Positions 48,388-57,450 of a stretch of 64,000 nt of DNA are shown here, piece by piece. Below the pieces are notes generated by a model. That model saw only the letters and a program-made list of their open reading frames with translations, had not been told where the DNA came from and did not search any database. A program made the translations under genes and the position numbers. How positions within the stretch are numbered: position 1 is the stretch's first letter; every line of letters starts with the position of its first letter. Source of the stretch: an uncultured Verrucomicrobiota bacterium (lineage in GTDB: Bacteria; Verrucomicrobiota; Verrucomicrobiia; Palsa-1439); NCBI GenBank assembly GCA_903825435.1, contig CAIKAP010000043.1, positions 282 through 64,281 on the forward strand, read 5' to 3'.

Positions 48388-50622
48388 TCAAGGTTTAATG
48401 ACTTCGTAGGGAATGGCGGGGAGCGTGGCGATTTGGAAGCGGCGTAGAGCTGCTTTTGGTTTATTGGTTGAGATGTTCGAAGGTGTGGCGAAGATGTTAA
48501 CAATGAGGTTCCCTTTTTGCCCTAACTTGGTTGTGCTGGCGTCGCTATTGAAGATGATCTCGGTGCCTTCGCGCGCGGGACCGCTGCTGAGGATGCTGAT
48601 GCCATCGGGCGGATCGCTAAGCTCAAGCTCGGGTTTACCGAAGTAGGAGACTGGCGGAAGGCTGATGCGCAAGCGGGCGGTGCTGCCGGCGGTGATCTTG
48701 AGTGGCGTGTCGCTGAGAACGCGGACGGTCATGCGTGATCGGCCGGCGATGGTGGCCTTGAGTTCTTTACTGGGAACGAGGTGCCGGTAGGCAAATGCTT
48801 GCATCATGTCCTCGGCGGGGACAGCGTCGCGGACGGTTTCTTTTCCGTTGATGAGGGCGTGGCCTTGAAAGTGGAGGTCGAGCGGTTCTTTGGTAGACGA
48901 TGGAGGTAGGGTGAGTGTAAGGCGGATCTGGTCTTGATTGGCGGGGATGCGGCCGCCGGTAATAGTGAAGCCGGTGGGAGCGCCTTTCAGTGTGATGTCA
49001 ATAGGGCCTGTAAAACCGTCTTTGCGAAGCGCGTAAACGCTGAGTGGAACAGGGGAGCCGCCCCGGGCGTTGATGCTGGAGGGAGCAACGCGGAGATCGA
49101 AGTCGGGCAACGGCTGACTGACGCGGAGGCGATAGGCGTATTCAGGGCCGCCTTTTTGCTGGGCGTCGCCGATGTAAAGGTAGTAAACGCCGGCGGCGGG
49201 AAGATTAGTGCGAATATAGGAGTCTGCGTGGTGAGTGTTGAGGCCAGAGCCCTTGTCTTCATGGTCGTCGTTGAAGGCGATCTGTTTGCCGCGTGCGTCG
49301 GTGAGTTTGAGAACAGAGTCGAGCGGCGAGTCCAGGCGGCGCGCGTATACTTCGGCGACAATCGGCTCGCCGGCGCGACCTTCGAAGCGGAAAACGTCCC
49401 AGTCATCGCGGCGGTCAATGCGTCCGTTGATAATGACAGGAAGCGTGATGGATTGCGCGGTCTCAGGAGTGTCGTTGGGTTCGCGTTCCTGGCATTCGGG
49501 CAGATTATTGACGGAGAAGGGTACGTGGTTGGAGTAGTAGTTGTCTTTGCGGGTGTGAAGTTGATAGATGCCGGGGCGCGTGTTCTTGTTCTGGATAAGA
49601 TGATCGACCGGAAGATTCCAGCCTTTCAACTCAATGGCGGTGTCAGTGCCGGTCTTGCCACCGAGTGGATAAATACTGGTGATGAATGGAAGCTCACCGA
49701 TGGTGATGCGGTAAACGAAATCCTCGCGGCCGCGGTAGAGAGAGTCCTTGACTTCAAGCGTGTATTCGCCGTCGTGTTGTATCTCGTAGTAGAGGACGGG
49801 GTCGGGATGGAAACGAAAATCGTCGTTGTAAACAAGCTCGGTGTGCTTTGAGTCGTAGAGTCCCACGGCTGATTGAAACCAGCCGGGCACTGCGTCGGAC
49901 AGATACGGAATCAATGCGCGCGCACTGCAGGCAATAACGAGCCGCTGCCCCTGCTTGACGTCGAAACGATAGCGATCCACGCGGCCGGGCATGATCTGGC
50001 CGTTGATGACAGCGGGCAACGTGATGTTCATGTCGGGCAGCGGTTCGCTAGCTTGCGGTTCGCGGTTGCGGATCTTTTGGATGTCTTGGAAGCTTTTGAT
50101 CTCCTTCGCGTCCGTTGCCGGTTTGCGGACGAACTCAGGCAGCTGGCTAATGCAGAAAATACGCGGGTTGGAGATCGTGGAGGATGAGGCGAGGCGGAGC
50201 TCGCGTTCGGTTGGTTCGGCGTTGGGAGTGATAGTGACTTGGAGTGTGACGGTTTCGGCAATGGAAGGGTTGGCGTTGCGGTTGAAGGTGACGAGCTTCT
50301 TTGCAATGTCCAAAATTTCCTTCATTGTCTCGGAGTCTTTGGTTTCCTTCCTGCGGAGCAGCTTCAGTCGTTCGCGCAGATCATTGACCTGTTTCATTGT
50401 GAGCGGCTTGTGTACTTCGAGGACCGTAGTTTGGAGGCCGCTGCCGGAGATGAAAGCCGCGTTGATGCTGCTAAGGTACTGCCCGCCGACGGTGACTTGG
50501 AACGTCGAACCGGCGCCGCCGCCAGCGGGATAAATGTAACCGATGTGGGGTGTGGTTTGTTGTTGTGCCGGCGCCCACGGGGCTGCGGTCAACAGCAGTG
50601 CAATCCACCAAAATCTTTTCAT
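48388..50622 (-). CDS. Secreted protein with bacterial pre-peptidase C-terminal (PPC)-like domains
   Basis: Signal peptide; repeated …EPNDTPETAQSITLPVIINGRI…DWDVFRF…-type PPC motifs; downstream of the DUF1501 gene with a 4-nt overlap. Confidence 0.55.
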   Translation of the reverse strand: MKRFWWIALLLTAAPWAPAQQQTTPHIGYIYPAGGGAGSTFQVTVGGQYLSSINAAFISGSGLQTTVLEVHKPLTMKQVNDLRERLKLLRRKETKDSETMKEILDIAKKLVTFNRNANPSIAETVTLQVTITPNAEPTERELRLASSSTISNPRIFCISQLPEFVRKPATDAKEIKSFQDIQKIRNREPQASEPLPDMNITLPAVINGQIMPGRVDRYRFDVKQGQRLVIACSARALIPYLSDAVPGWFQSAVGLYDSKHTELVYNDDFRFHPDPVLYYEIQHDGEYTLEVKDSLYRGREDFVYRITIGELPFITSIYPLGGKTGTDTAIELKGWNLPVDHLIQNKNTRPGIYQLHTRKDNYYSNHVPFSVNNLPECQEREPNDTPETAQSITLPVIINGRIDRRDDWDVFRFEGRAGEPIVAEVYARRLDSPLDSVLKLTDARGKQIAFNDDHEDKGSGLNTHHADSYIRTNLPAAGVYYLYIGDAQQKGGPEYAYRLRVSQPLPDFDLRVAPSSINARGGSPVPLSVYALRKDGFTGPIDITLKGAPTGFTITGGRIPANQDQIRLTLTLPPSSTKEPLDLHFQGHALINGKETVRDAVPAEDMMQAFAYRHLVPSKELKATIAGRSRMTVRVLSDTPLKITAGSTARLRISLPPVSYFGKPELELSDPPDGISILSSGPAREGTEIIFNSDASTTKLGQKGNLIVNIFATPSNISTNKPKAALRRFQIATLPAIPYEVIKP

Positions 50623-51956
50623 GATTTCATTATTTCGTTTAATAGCCCTGCCGAGCCAATGGCGTCTGCGGCGCCGGGTAAAACATGGGCTTCCACGCCG
50701 AGAGGATGAGGTAGTGTCGCGTTTGTGTCAATGCCGAGAAGCGTGTACATACTGCCGATGAGATCCTGCGGATACACCGGGCGGGACTTGACGTTTTCAC
50801 CTTTTGCGTCGGAGGAACCGACGATCTGACCGCCCTTAAATCCGCCACCGCCTACGAGGACGGAGAAGACTTTACCGTGATGACCTCGTCCGCCGTTCCA
50901 CGGTGAGCCCCAATCAATTTTGGGTGTTCGACCGAATTCACCGTAGCAACACACGATTGTACTTTCCAAAAGTCCGTGATCGCTCAGGTCCTGAAGCAAG
51001 GTTGACAATCCTCTATCCAATTCAGGCACCAGGCGTCGCAAAGTCGGGAAATTGTTCTTGTGGCTGTCCCATCCGAAACCGCTGTTGATCGTAATGTACG
51101 GTACGCCTTTCTCGACTAACCGGCGCGCCATCAAGCAGGACTGTCCAAACTTGGTGCGGCCGTAGGCATCGCGTAGAGCGGCCTTTTCCGAGGAAAGATC
51201 AAACGTCTTGGCTCCGTCTCCGAGAATCATGTCGTAGGCGTCATCCTGCGATTTGGTGAGCATCTTCATGGCGGCGTTATCGGGGATGACATGCTCTAGC
51301 GTGTCGAGTTTATGGAGCAAATCGCGTCGGTCTCGTTGTTGCTCATCCGTGATGCCCTGGGCGACAATGCCCTCGACGAGGAACTTAGAGGCCGATGGGT
51401 CGCCGCCGGTGGCGAACGGCTTGTACTTGGCCTGCAGGAAGCCTTGCTCTGGAAAACGCCCTTGTGGCTCGGTCAGTACGATATATGGCGGGATGAGCCC
51501 TGTGTAGCCTGCATCGTAGCCTTTGTACAGCGACACGACGGCCCCCGTGCAAGGATAGACTTCATGTTCCCCGGATTTCCTGCCTGTCTGCATTATGTAG
51601 GCGGCGGTTTCATGTGCGTTATTGCCGTGGGTCATGCTACGGATAATGGAGTACTTGTCAGCCTGCTTGGCTAGTAATGGTAGCAACTCGCAAATGCGGC
51701 TGCCCTTGACGTTGGTTTCAATGGCTTTGAGAGGGCCGGCGTAGTCGTAGCCGGCGTCCGGCTTGGGATCGAAAGTGTCGAGGTGCGACGGGCCACCCCA
51801 GAGCCAGAATTGGATGACGGACTTGGCTTTACCGGTGGTTTTTGATGTTGGGGTCGCGGCCCAAGTGCGAAACGGTAAGCTGTTGGCTAAGTACAGTCCG
51901 GCTGCACCAAGGGCGGTGCGACGGATAGCTTCACGCCGGGAGATTGGCATGTTCAT
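50619..51956 (-). CDS. DUF1501 domain protein (sulfatase-like, Tat signal)
   Basis: Tat motif SRREAIRRTALGAAGL; DUF1501 core (…IQFWLWGGPSHLDTFDPKPDAG…). Confidence 0.85.
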   Translation of the reverse strand: MNMPISRREAIRRTALGAAGLYLANSLPFRTWAATPTSKTTGKAKSVIQFWLWGGPSHLDTFDPKPDAGYDYAGPLKAIETNVKGSRICELLPLLAKQADKYSIIRSMTHGNNAHETAAYIMQTGRKSGEHEVYPCTGAVVSLYKGYDAGYTGLIPPYIVLTEPQGRFPEQGFLQAKYKPFATGGDPSASKFLVEGIVAQGITDEQQRDRRDLLHKLDTLEHVIPDNAAMKMLTKSQDDAYDMILGDGAKTFDLSSEKAALRDAYGRTKFGQSCLMARRLVEKGVPYITINSGFGWDSHKNNFPTLRRLVPELDRGLSTLLQDLSDHGLLESTIVCCYGEFGRTPKIDWGSPWNGGRGHHGKVFSVLVGGGGFKGGQIVGSSDAKGENVKSRPVYPQDLIGSMYTLLGIDTNATLPHPLGVEAHVLPGAADAIGSAGLLNEIMKS

Positions 51957-52130
51957 ATTTTAATGCCCTGTCCTTCAACTTCATCGAGCTCAACGCCGGT
52001 TAAGCGCCAATGCGCGCATCTTCATAGACGGATGGCGGTTCATAAAGGTTACAACACCGCACGCCGCGATAAGTTCTGTAACCTTTTACCGAGGACCTGC
52101 GTCTCATGGAGGTGAAAGGAAATAGGATTG

Positions 52131-52613
52131 ATGACAACCACAAACAAAGTTCTAATTGGAGCGGGGTTGATTATAGCCCTGACAGTAGGCGGGTTCTTTA
52201 CCGTGATGGCGCGCGCCGAGGGCGAAGGCCACAGACATGGCCTATTCACGATGTTGCGGGCGGCGTTTCATCGTGCGGGTGTAACAAAAGAGCAGGGTGA
52301 CCAGATTAAAGCGATCCTCAGCAAGCACCAGACGGAAATCAAACCCTTGATGGATCGAATGGTAGCTGAGCGCCGCGCATTGCGCGACCTGATCCAGACT
52401 GAAAGCGTGGACGAGAAGGCGATCCGCAACGAAGTCAATAAACTCGCCACTATTGGCGCTGATCTCGCCGTCAAACGCGCCTACATCGCACACGAAGTTC
52501 GCGGTGTCCTCACCAGCGACCAGATCGGTAAACTCAAAGAGATGCAGGCTAAACACGACACACACGTGGACGAAATCCGCGACCGGATTGCCGCGCACAT
52601 CAAAGGAGAGTAA
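52131..52613 (+). CDS. Periplasmic Spy/CpxP-family (LTXXQ motif) protein
   Basis: Signal anchor; LTSDQIGKL-type LTXXQ motifs; helical, charged. Confidence 0.6.
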   Translation: MTTTNKVLIGAGLIIALTVGGFFTVMARAEGEGHRHGLFTMLRAAFHRAGVTKEQGDQIKAILSKHQTEIKPLMDRMVAERRALRDLIQTESVDEKAIRNEVNKLATIGADLAVKRAYIAHEVRGVLTSDQIGKLKEMQAKHDTHVDEIRDRIAAHIKGE

Positions 52614-52618
52614 TCCAA

Positions 52619-53071
52619 GTGAAAAAACACCTAGCAAGCTTGATGATCCTGACACTCGCAGTGGCGGCGCGTGGTGCCGAAGTGGACAGCCCGAAGTTCG
52701 AGGCCGTTGAGCAATTCGTTACCGAAAAACTCGATGGCGTCGCTGACCTCTCAAGTGATCAGCGCGACAAAATCCGCACGCTGATCCGCGAGCAGCTTCC
52801 GTCCTTGAAAAAGCTCGTCACGAAGGCTGAAGACGAACAGCGTGCGCTGCTCGAAACAATCGGCAGCCCGACCGTGGACGAGAAATTAATTCGTACCCAG
52901 ACCACCAAGCTCGCTGATGTACTCGTGGACTACACCACACAGCGTGCTAAACTCACAGAGAGCCTCAAGGGCGTATTGACCCCCGAACAACTCGACAAGG
53001 CTCAACAGGACATACCGGCCACCCTCGCAAAGTTCGTGAACGAGATTGCTAAGCTCCTGACCAAGGAGTAG
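52619..53071 (+). CDS. Periplasmic Spy/CpxP-family (LTXXQ motif) protein, paralog
   Basis: GTG start; signal peptide; LTPEQLDKA motif. Confidence 0.6.
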   Translation: MKKHLASLMILTLAVAARGAEVDSPKFEAVEQFVTEKLDGVADLSSDQRDKIRTLIREQLPSLKKLVTKAEDEQRALLETIGSPTVDEKLIRTQTTKLADVLVDYTTQRAKLTESLKGVLTPEQLDKAQQDIPATLAKFVNEIAKLLTKE

Positions 53072-53081
53072 AACCGGCGCG

Positions 53082-53630
53082 ATGAGCGCGCAGACCGGAG
53101 AACTGACCGATGAACGCCTCATTCAGTCCACCCTCACGGGCGACGATGAGGCGTTTGCCGCATTGGTCGTGCGCTACAAACGGCGCATCCTTGGCATTGC
53201 CGCACGGTTCACGCGCTCCGAGGCCGAGTTGGACGATCTGTGTCAGGAGATTTTCATTAAGGTATACCGGCACCTCGCCAAGTTTCGCGGCGAAGCACCG
53301 TTCGAACACTGGCTCTCCCGCATCGGCATACGTGCCTGCTACGATCACCTGCGCAAGACTCGCCACGATCGCAACGAAATGGCGTTGGACGACGTCGAAC
53401 TGGCCTGTGCCGATGATGTTTCTCCAAAACGCGCCCGCGAGGTGCTGGATTTCGCACTGGCGAAACTCTCCGCGGAGGAGCGTCTCGTGATCACGTTGCT
53501 TGAACTGGAGGAACGCACCGTGGAGGAGATCGCCGAATTAACCGGCTGGAGCCAATCGAATGTAAAAATTCGGGCCTATCGCGCCCGTCGGGCGCTAAGA
53601 ACTATTTTGGAGACTCACCATGAACGATGA
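53082..53630 (+). CDS. ECF-subfamily RNA polymerase sigma-70 factor
   Basis: Sigma70 regions 2 and 4 (…FIKVYRHLAKFRG…, …TVEEIAELTGWSQSNVKIRAYRAR…). Confidence 0.9.
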   Translation: MSAQTGELTDERLIQSTLTGDDEAFAALVVRYKRRILGIAARFTRSEAELDDLCQEIFIKVYRHLAKFRGEAPFEHWLSRIGIRACYDHLRKTRHDRNEMALDDVELACADDVSPKRAREVLDFALAKLSAEERLVITLLELEERTVEEIAELTGWSQSNVKIRAYRARRALRTILETHHER

Positions 53631-53916
53631 CCAACTCAACAACCTGTTCGCTGCCGCCCGCAAGGCGCAGCCCGATACCAAACGCACCCAGTTCGCATTC
53701 GAGACGCGTCTATTGGCGCGCCTCCGCGCTGAACGCGATCCGGGTATCGCGTGGTGGTTTTGGACTCGACGGCTCGCGCCGCTATTCGCCGCGATCGTGC
53801 TGGGGCTCGGCGCGTGGAACTTTGTAGCGCTCAACGAGGCGAGTACCGATTGGCAATCGGTCATCGCCGGAAACCACGATGACAACGAGACGGTCGCGTT
53901 GTTCGATGGACAATGA
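53620..53916 (+). CDS. Putative anti-sigma factor (single TM)
   Basis: 11-nt overlap with the sigma factor gene; short N-terminal cytoplasmic region, one TM helix (LAPLFAAIVLGLGAWNFV). Confidence 0.55.
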   Translation: MNDDQLNNLFAAARKAQPDTKRTQFAFETRLLARLRAERDPGIAWWFWTRRLAPLFAAIVLGLGAWNFVALNEASTDWQSVIAGNHDDNETVALFDGQ

Positions 53917-53917
53917 C

Positions 53918-54280
53918 ATGAAAAAGTGGAAAATTATCCTCGGCATCACCGCAGTGTTCCTGCTCGGCATGGTTGCGGGCGGGCTGCTGACCATCCGCCT
54001 CGAACGTCGCTTCGCCTTGCACGGCCCGGACGCTTGGGCGCGGTTGGTCATCCGTCGTCTGAACTGGGAGCTGCGGCTCGACCCGTCGCAGCGCGAGCAG
54101 TTGCGCGACATCGTCACCACGGCGCAGCAGGAAATGAAACTCGTCCACGAACAGAACCAGCCGCAGATTCGCACGGTGTTGGAGCGCGCCAAAGACCAAA
54201 CCCGCGCGATGTTGCGGCCCGATCAGCAGGCAAAATTCGACAAGCTGATCGCTGACAGGCATCAGAAGTGGACGCCGTGA
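53918..54280 (+). CDS. Small signal-anchored periplasmic protein, Spy-like helical repeat (LRPDQQAKF)
   Basis: Starts 2 nt after the anti-sigma stop; N-terminal TM/signal; LXXXQ-like motifs. Confidence 0.5.
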   Translation: MKKWKIILGITAVFLLGMVAGGLLTIRLERRFALHGPDAWARLVIRRLNWELRLDPSQREQLRDIVTTAQQEMKLVHEQNQPQIRTVLERAKDQTRAMLRPDQQAKFDKLIADRHQKWTP

Positions 54281-55026
54281 TTGCCTTGCTCACCGTAGCC
54301 ATGCTGTCTGTGACAAACCTCACGTGGCACGATGCCACGCGTGACCGGGATATTCCGGTGAAGATTTACGCTCCCACTGGCGCGACGAATGCGCCATTGA
54401 TTGTGTTCTCGCACGGGCTGGGCGGAACGCGCGAAGGCTACGCCTACCTTAGCCAACACTGGGCCAGCAACGGCTATATCAGCGTTCATGTCCAGCATCT
54501 CGGCAGTGATGATGTGACGTGGCGCGGCAAGTCCGACAGACTCGGTTCGATGCGCCAAGCCGTCACCGCCGAAAACGCTCGCAATCGGCCGATCGACATC
54601 AGTTTTACCATCACGCAGATGCTTGGTGACCCGCGCGTCAACACCAACGTCATCGGCGTTGCTGGTCATTCGTTTGGCGCGCAGACAACGTTACTCATCA
54701 TTGGCGAGACCGTCCTTGGTAAAAGTTACCGTGACCAGCGAGTTTCGGCGGCCATCTCAATGTCATCCGGTAGCATGACACCGTCATCGTTTCGAGCTGT
54801 TACGACCCCATGTCTACATCTCACTGGCACGAAAGACCAAGGTATTGTCATAACCGACATCAAGTCAGTGGACCGCCGGTTTGCCTTCGACAACATCAGT
54901 GCTCCCGGCCGATGCCTCATCACCCTGAACAATGCCACGCACATGACCTTCGCCGGCGCAGGCACAACGACACACTTGGATTTGATTCGCGAAACTCACC
55001 ACCAAGTTTTGGAATGCCTACCTTAA
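54268..55026 (+). CDS. Alpha/beta hydrolase (dienelactone hydrolase / PAF-acetylhydrolase-like), C-terminus probably frameshifted
   Basis: GHSFG nucleophile elbow, HGLGG oxyanion region. The typical C-terminal tail (…FWNAYLKHDAAAQAWLSDGG…) continues in the +1 frame up to approx 55137. Confidence 0.7.
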   Translation: MDAVIALLTVAMLSVTNLTWHDATRDRDIPVKIYAPTGATNAPLIVFSHGLGGTREGYAYLSQHWASNGYISVHVQHLGSDDVTWRGKSDRLGSMRQAVTAENARNRPIDISFTITQMLGDPRVNTNVIGVAGHSFGAQTTLLIIGETVLGKSYRDQRVSAAISMSSGSMTPSSFRAVTTPCLHLTGTKDQGIVITDIKSVDRRFAFDNISAPGRCLITLNNATHMTFAGAGTTTHLDLIRETHHQVLECLP

Positions 55027-55094
55027 ACACGATGCAGCGGCGCAGGCGTGGCTATCGGATGGCGGTTTAGAGAAACTTGTCGCAACTAACGGTG

Positions 55095-57396
55095 TTATAG
55101 AAAGCAAGAAACCGACCCAAAAGGAAAAACAGTCATGAGAAACATCAACCGCGCCCTACTGACCGCAGCCATGGTGTGCTGCGCCATGACCTTGAAGCCT
55201 GTCGTCCGTGCCGAAGGCGACGCCAGCACCAAGTCTGCAACGGATGCCACCAAGCCCGCCGGCGGCGGGGAACGGGGCGAACGTTTCCGTGAGCGGATGA
55301 AAGAACTGTCTGAGAAGCTTGGCTTGACTGAGGAACAGAAAGAAAAGCTCAAGCCAATCTTCCACGCGGAAATGGAAAAGTTGAAGGAGTTGCGCGCCGA
55401 CACCAAGTCGCCGCGCGGTCCCAACACAACCACGTGCACCACTTCGTAAGGGAGATCGGCAAGCGGTTGCAACGCGGCCACCAGCGATTCAGGACTGTTG
55501 ACGGTTTTCCCGCGCAACAACTTCGTCGGCGTCACACCATCGAGCTTGTCAATCGCCTCCTGCCGCGTCTCCGGATTCGCCCGCCATACCGCCACGTCCG
55601 GATTCACCGCCTTCCCGTTCGCCGGATCCGTGTTCGCTACTGCGGCATTGGCTTCGCGTTCGGATCGTCCACCCAACGCTCCTCCTGCACCGCGTACTTG
55701 AACCCCTTTCCCGCCTGCAACGGTTTCACCTTCGGCGACGGAACCAGTTTTTCCAGCGGCGCGCCCTTCGGCAAGCCGCCCATCGGTTGTATCGGTTTCG
55801 AGTCCATGATTCTCCTTTACCACATCGCCCGGAACTTCTCCCTTGAAAACATCGGCTTTCGTGAGTATGGTTTTGCCATAGCCTGATTGGGAGTAAACTG
55901 TGGGCAATTGGAGCCCACGAGTCAGAAACCAATCACGGCTCTTATCTTTATCCCAATACCGCAATCGCCCTTCTTCCATCCATCGTCCAAATGCAGCGTT
56001 GTCGTCTTTTCCGTAGGCACTGGCGACACGGTTGATCTCGTAAGCACCAGCGCGTTGATCCAGATGCACCGCCGCCACCAACGTCTTGCCGTTGTACTCC
56101 AGTTGCGTCATCACCACCAACGCATTGCCCCCGCGACTCGAACCAAACACCATCAACGGATCAGCGAGTGCGGTCGGAAGTTGCTTCAGCATTCCCACTG
56201 GCACCCCATGCTTTAGGGCATTCACGTCTTTGCGGATTGTCCCCGCCGCCATCGTCATCGCCAACGGACGCGCTCCTAATGCCTGTAACACGGCAGGAGT
56301 CTCGCCAATCGGCACCTGCACCTTCTCATCCAATGATTCAAGCGCCCGATCCACCAACGGCGAGAATTCCTGTTCTTCCTGTTTCGCCCGCGTCAGTTCA
56401 TTTGCCAGCGACTTCACGCCATACCCCGGCCCCGTTTCCCGCAACGTCCCGCTCTCCTCCGGTGGTAATTCACCACCGGCCTCCGTCAGGTCGCGCACCG
56501 CCTTGTACCGCTCCAGCAACTTCGTCAACGCTGCCGCGCCTGCCTCCCGATCCGTCGACACAAAATACCGCTGCTTGAAATTGATGTTCTCACCAAACAG
56601 CCCGAACTTCTCCATCTGTTTTTCACTGGGAGGTTCATACCCGTAATCCAACTCGACGCGCTGCTCGCCGTGGACTCGGCTTTGCGTCAGCTTCCAGCCG
56701 TTGTCCAACTCGATCTCCGATCCGCCCCCCTGCACCATGTCGAATATCTCGCCCGGCGTCGCATCCTTCAGCGGCGTACCGATCCCTAGCCGTTGCTTCA
56801 ACGCCGTCACCGCGTCCGGGTTCACCAGCAACCCGACCAGGTTGCGCCCATCATTCGTTTTCACGCGGACAATCTTGTTGCCTACGTCGCCCGTGTGAAA
56901 CACCTTGTCGTAAATCGGGAACACCGCGCCCGTCAGCATCGCCGCCGTCTGCGTCCTGTAATCCGGCAACGCCGCCAGTTCCTTCTCCCACAACTTTTGC
57001 GCTACTGTCCCACGGATCGGTTCGTTGTGATGGTACTCTTCGGCGCCGTACTCAAACCTATTCACCACGTGCGACTTCGCCGCTGGTGACGTGAGAACGT
57101 ACTGCGTCTTGCCATCCGAGTTCACCCGTTCCCGCGCCAGGTACACGCGACCACTCTGTTTGTTCCGAGCGAATGTCACCTTCGACGGCTCCCGCTTGTT
57201 CGCCGCCTGCGCCGATCTCCACGTCCCCCGTGATCCGCACCAGCATGTCCACCGGGTACACGTCCGTCTTCAACCGCTTCCGCGCATCCGTAACAGCCTT
57301 GCACTTGTCCGACAGCGCCTTCGATAACGCCAACACCTCCGCGTCTTCGAGTCCTTCACATACCGCCCTCGCGTTCTCCTTGGATTTCTTGCCCAT
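55095..57396 (-). pseudogene. Phage-associated large protein (approx 700 aa), apparently frameshifted near its 5' end; the ORF's last approx 110 codons (55095-55428) are read-through, not real coding sequence
   Basis: The 694-aa ORF (55095..57179) plus a 112-aa ORF (57058..57396) in another frame that starts 55 bp after the TerL-C stop; the C-terminal approx 110 aa are low-complexity and overlap the Spy-like gene. Confidence 0.45.
55135..55449 (+). CDS. Spy/CpxP-like LTXXQ periplasmic protein, probably 3'-truncated at a mobile-element junction
   Basis: Signal peptide; LTEEQKEKL motif; ends in a non-homologous tail (…RGPNTTTCTTS) that overlaps a phage-derived ORF on the opposite strand. Confidence 0.45.
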   Translation: MRNINRALLTAAMVCCAMTLKPVVRAEGDASTKSATDATKPAGGGERGERFRERMKELSEKLGLTEEQKEKLKPIFHAEMEKLKELRADTKSPRGPNTTTCTTS

Positions 57397-57450
57397 ATAC
57401 CCGTTCCCTTAGCAAGTTGGATTCCGACTTATTTAGAAATCTCCAATCCC

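Noticed and set aside
55095-57179. Calling the 694-aa phage ORF a portal protein
   Set aside because: It has the right position after terL, but I could not recognise portal motifs from sequence alone, so it is left as an unassigned phage-associated protein.
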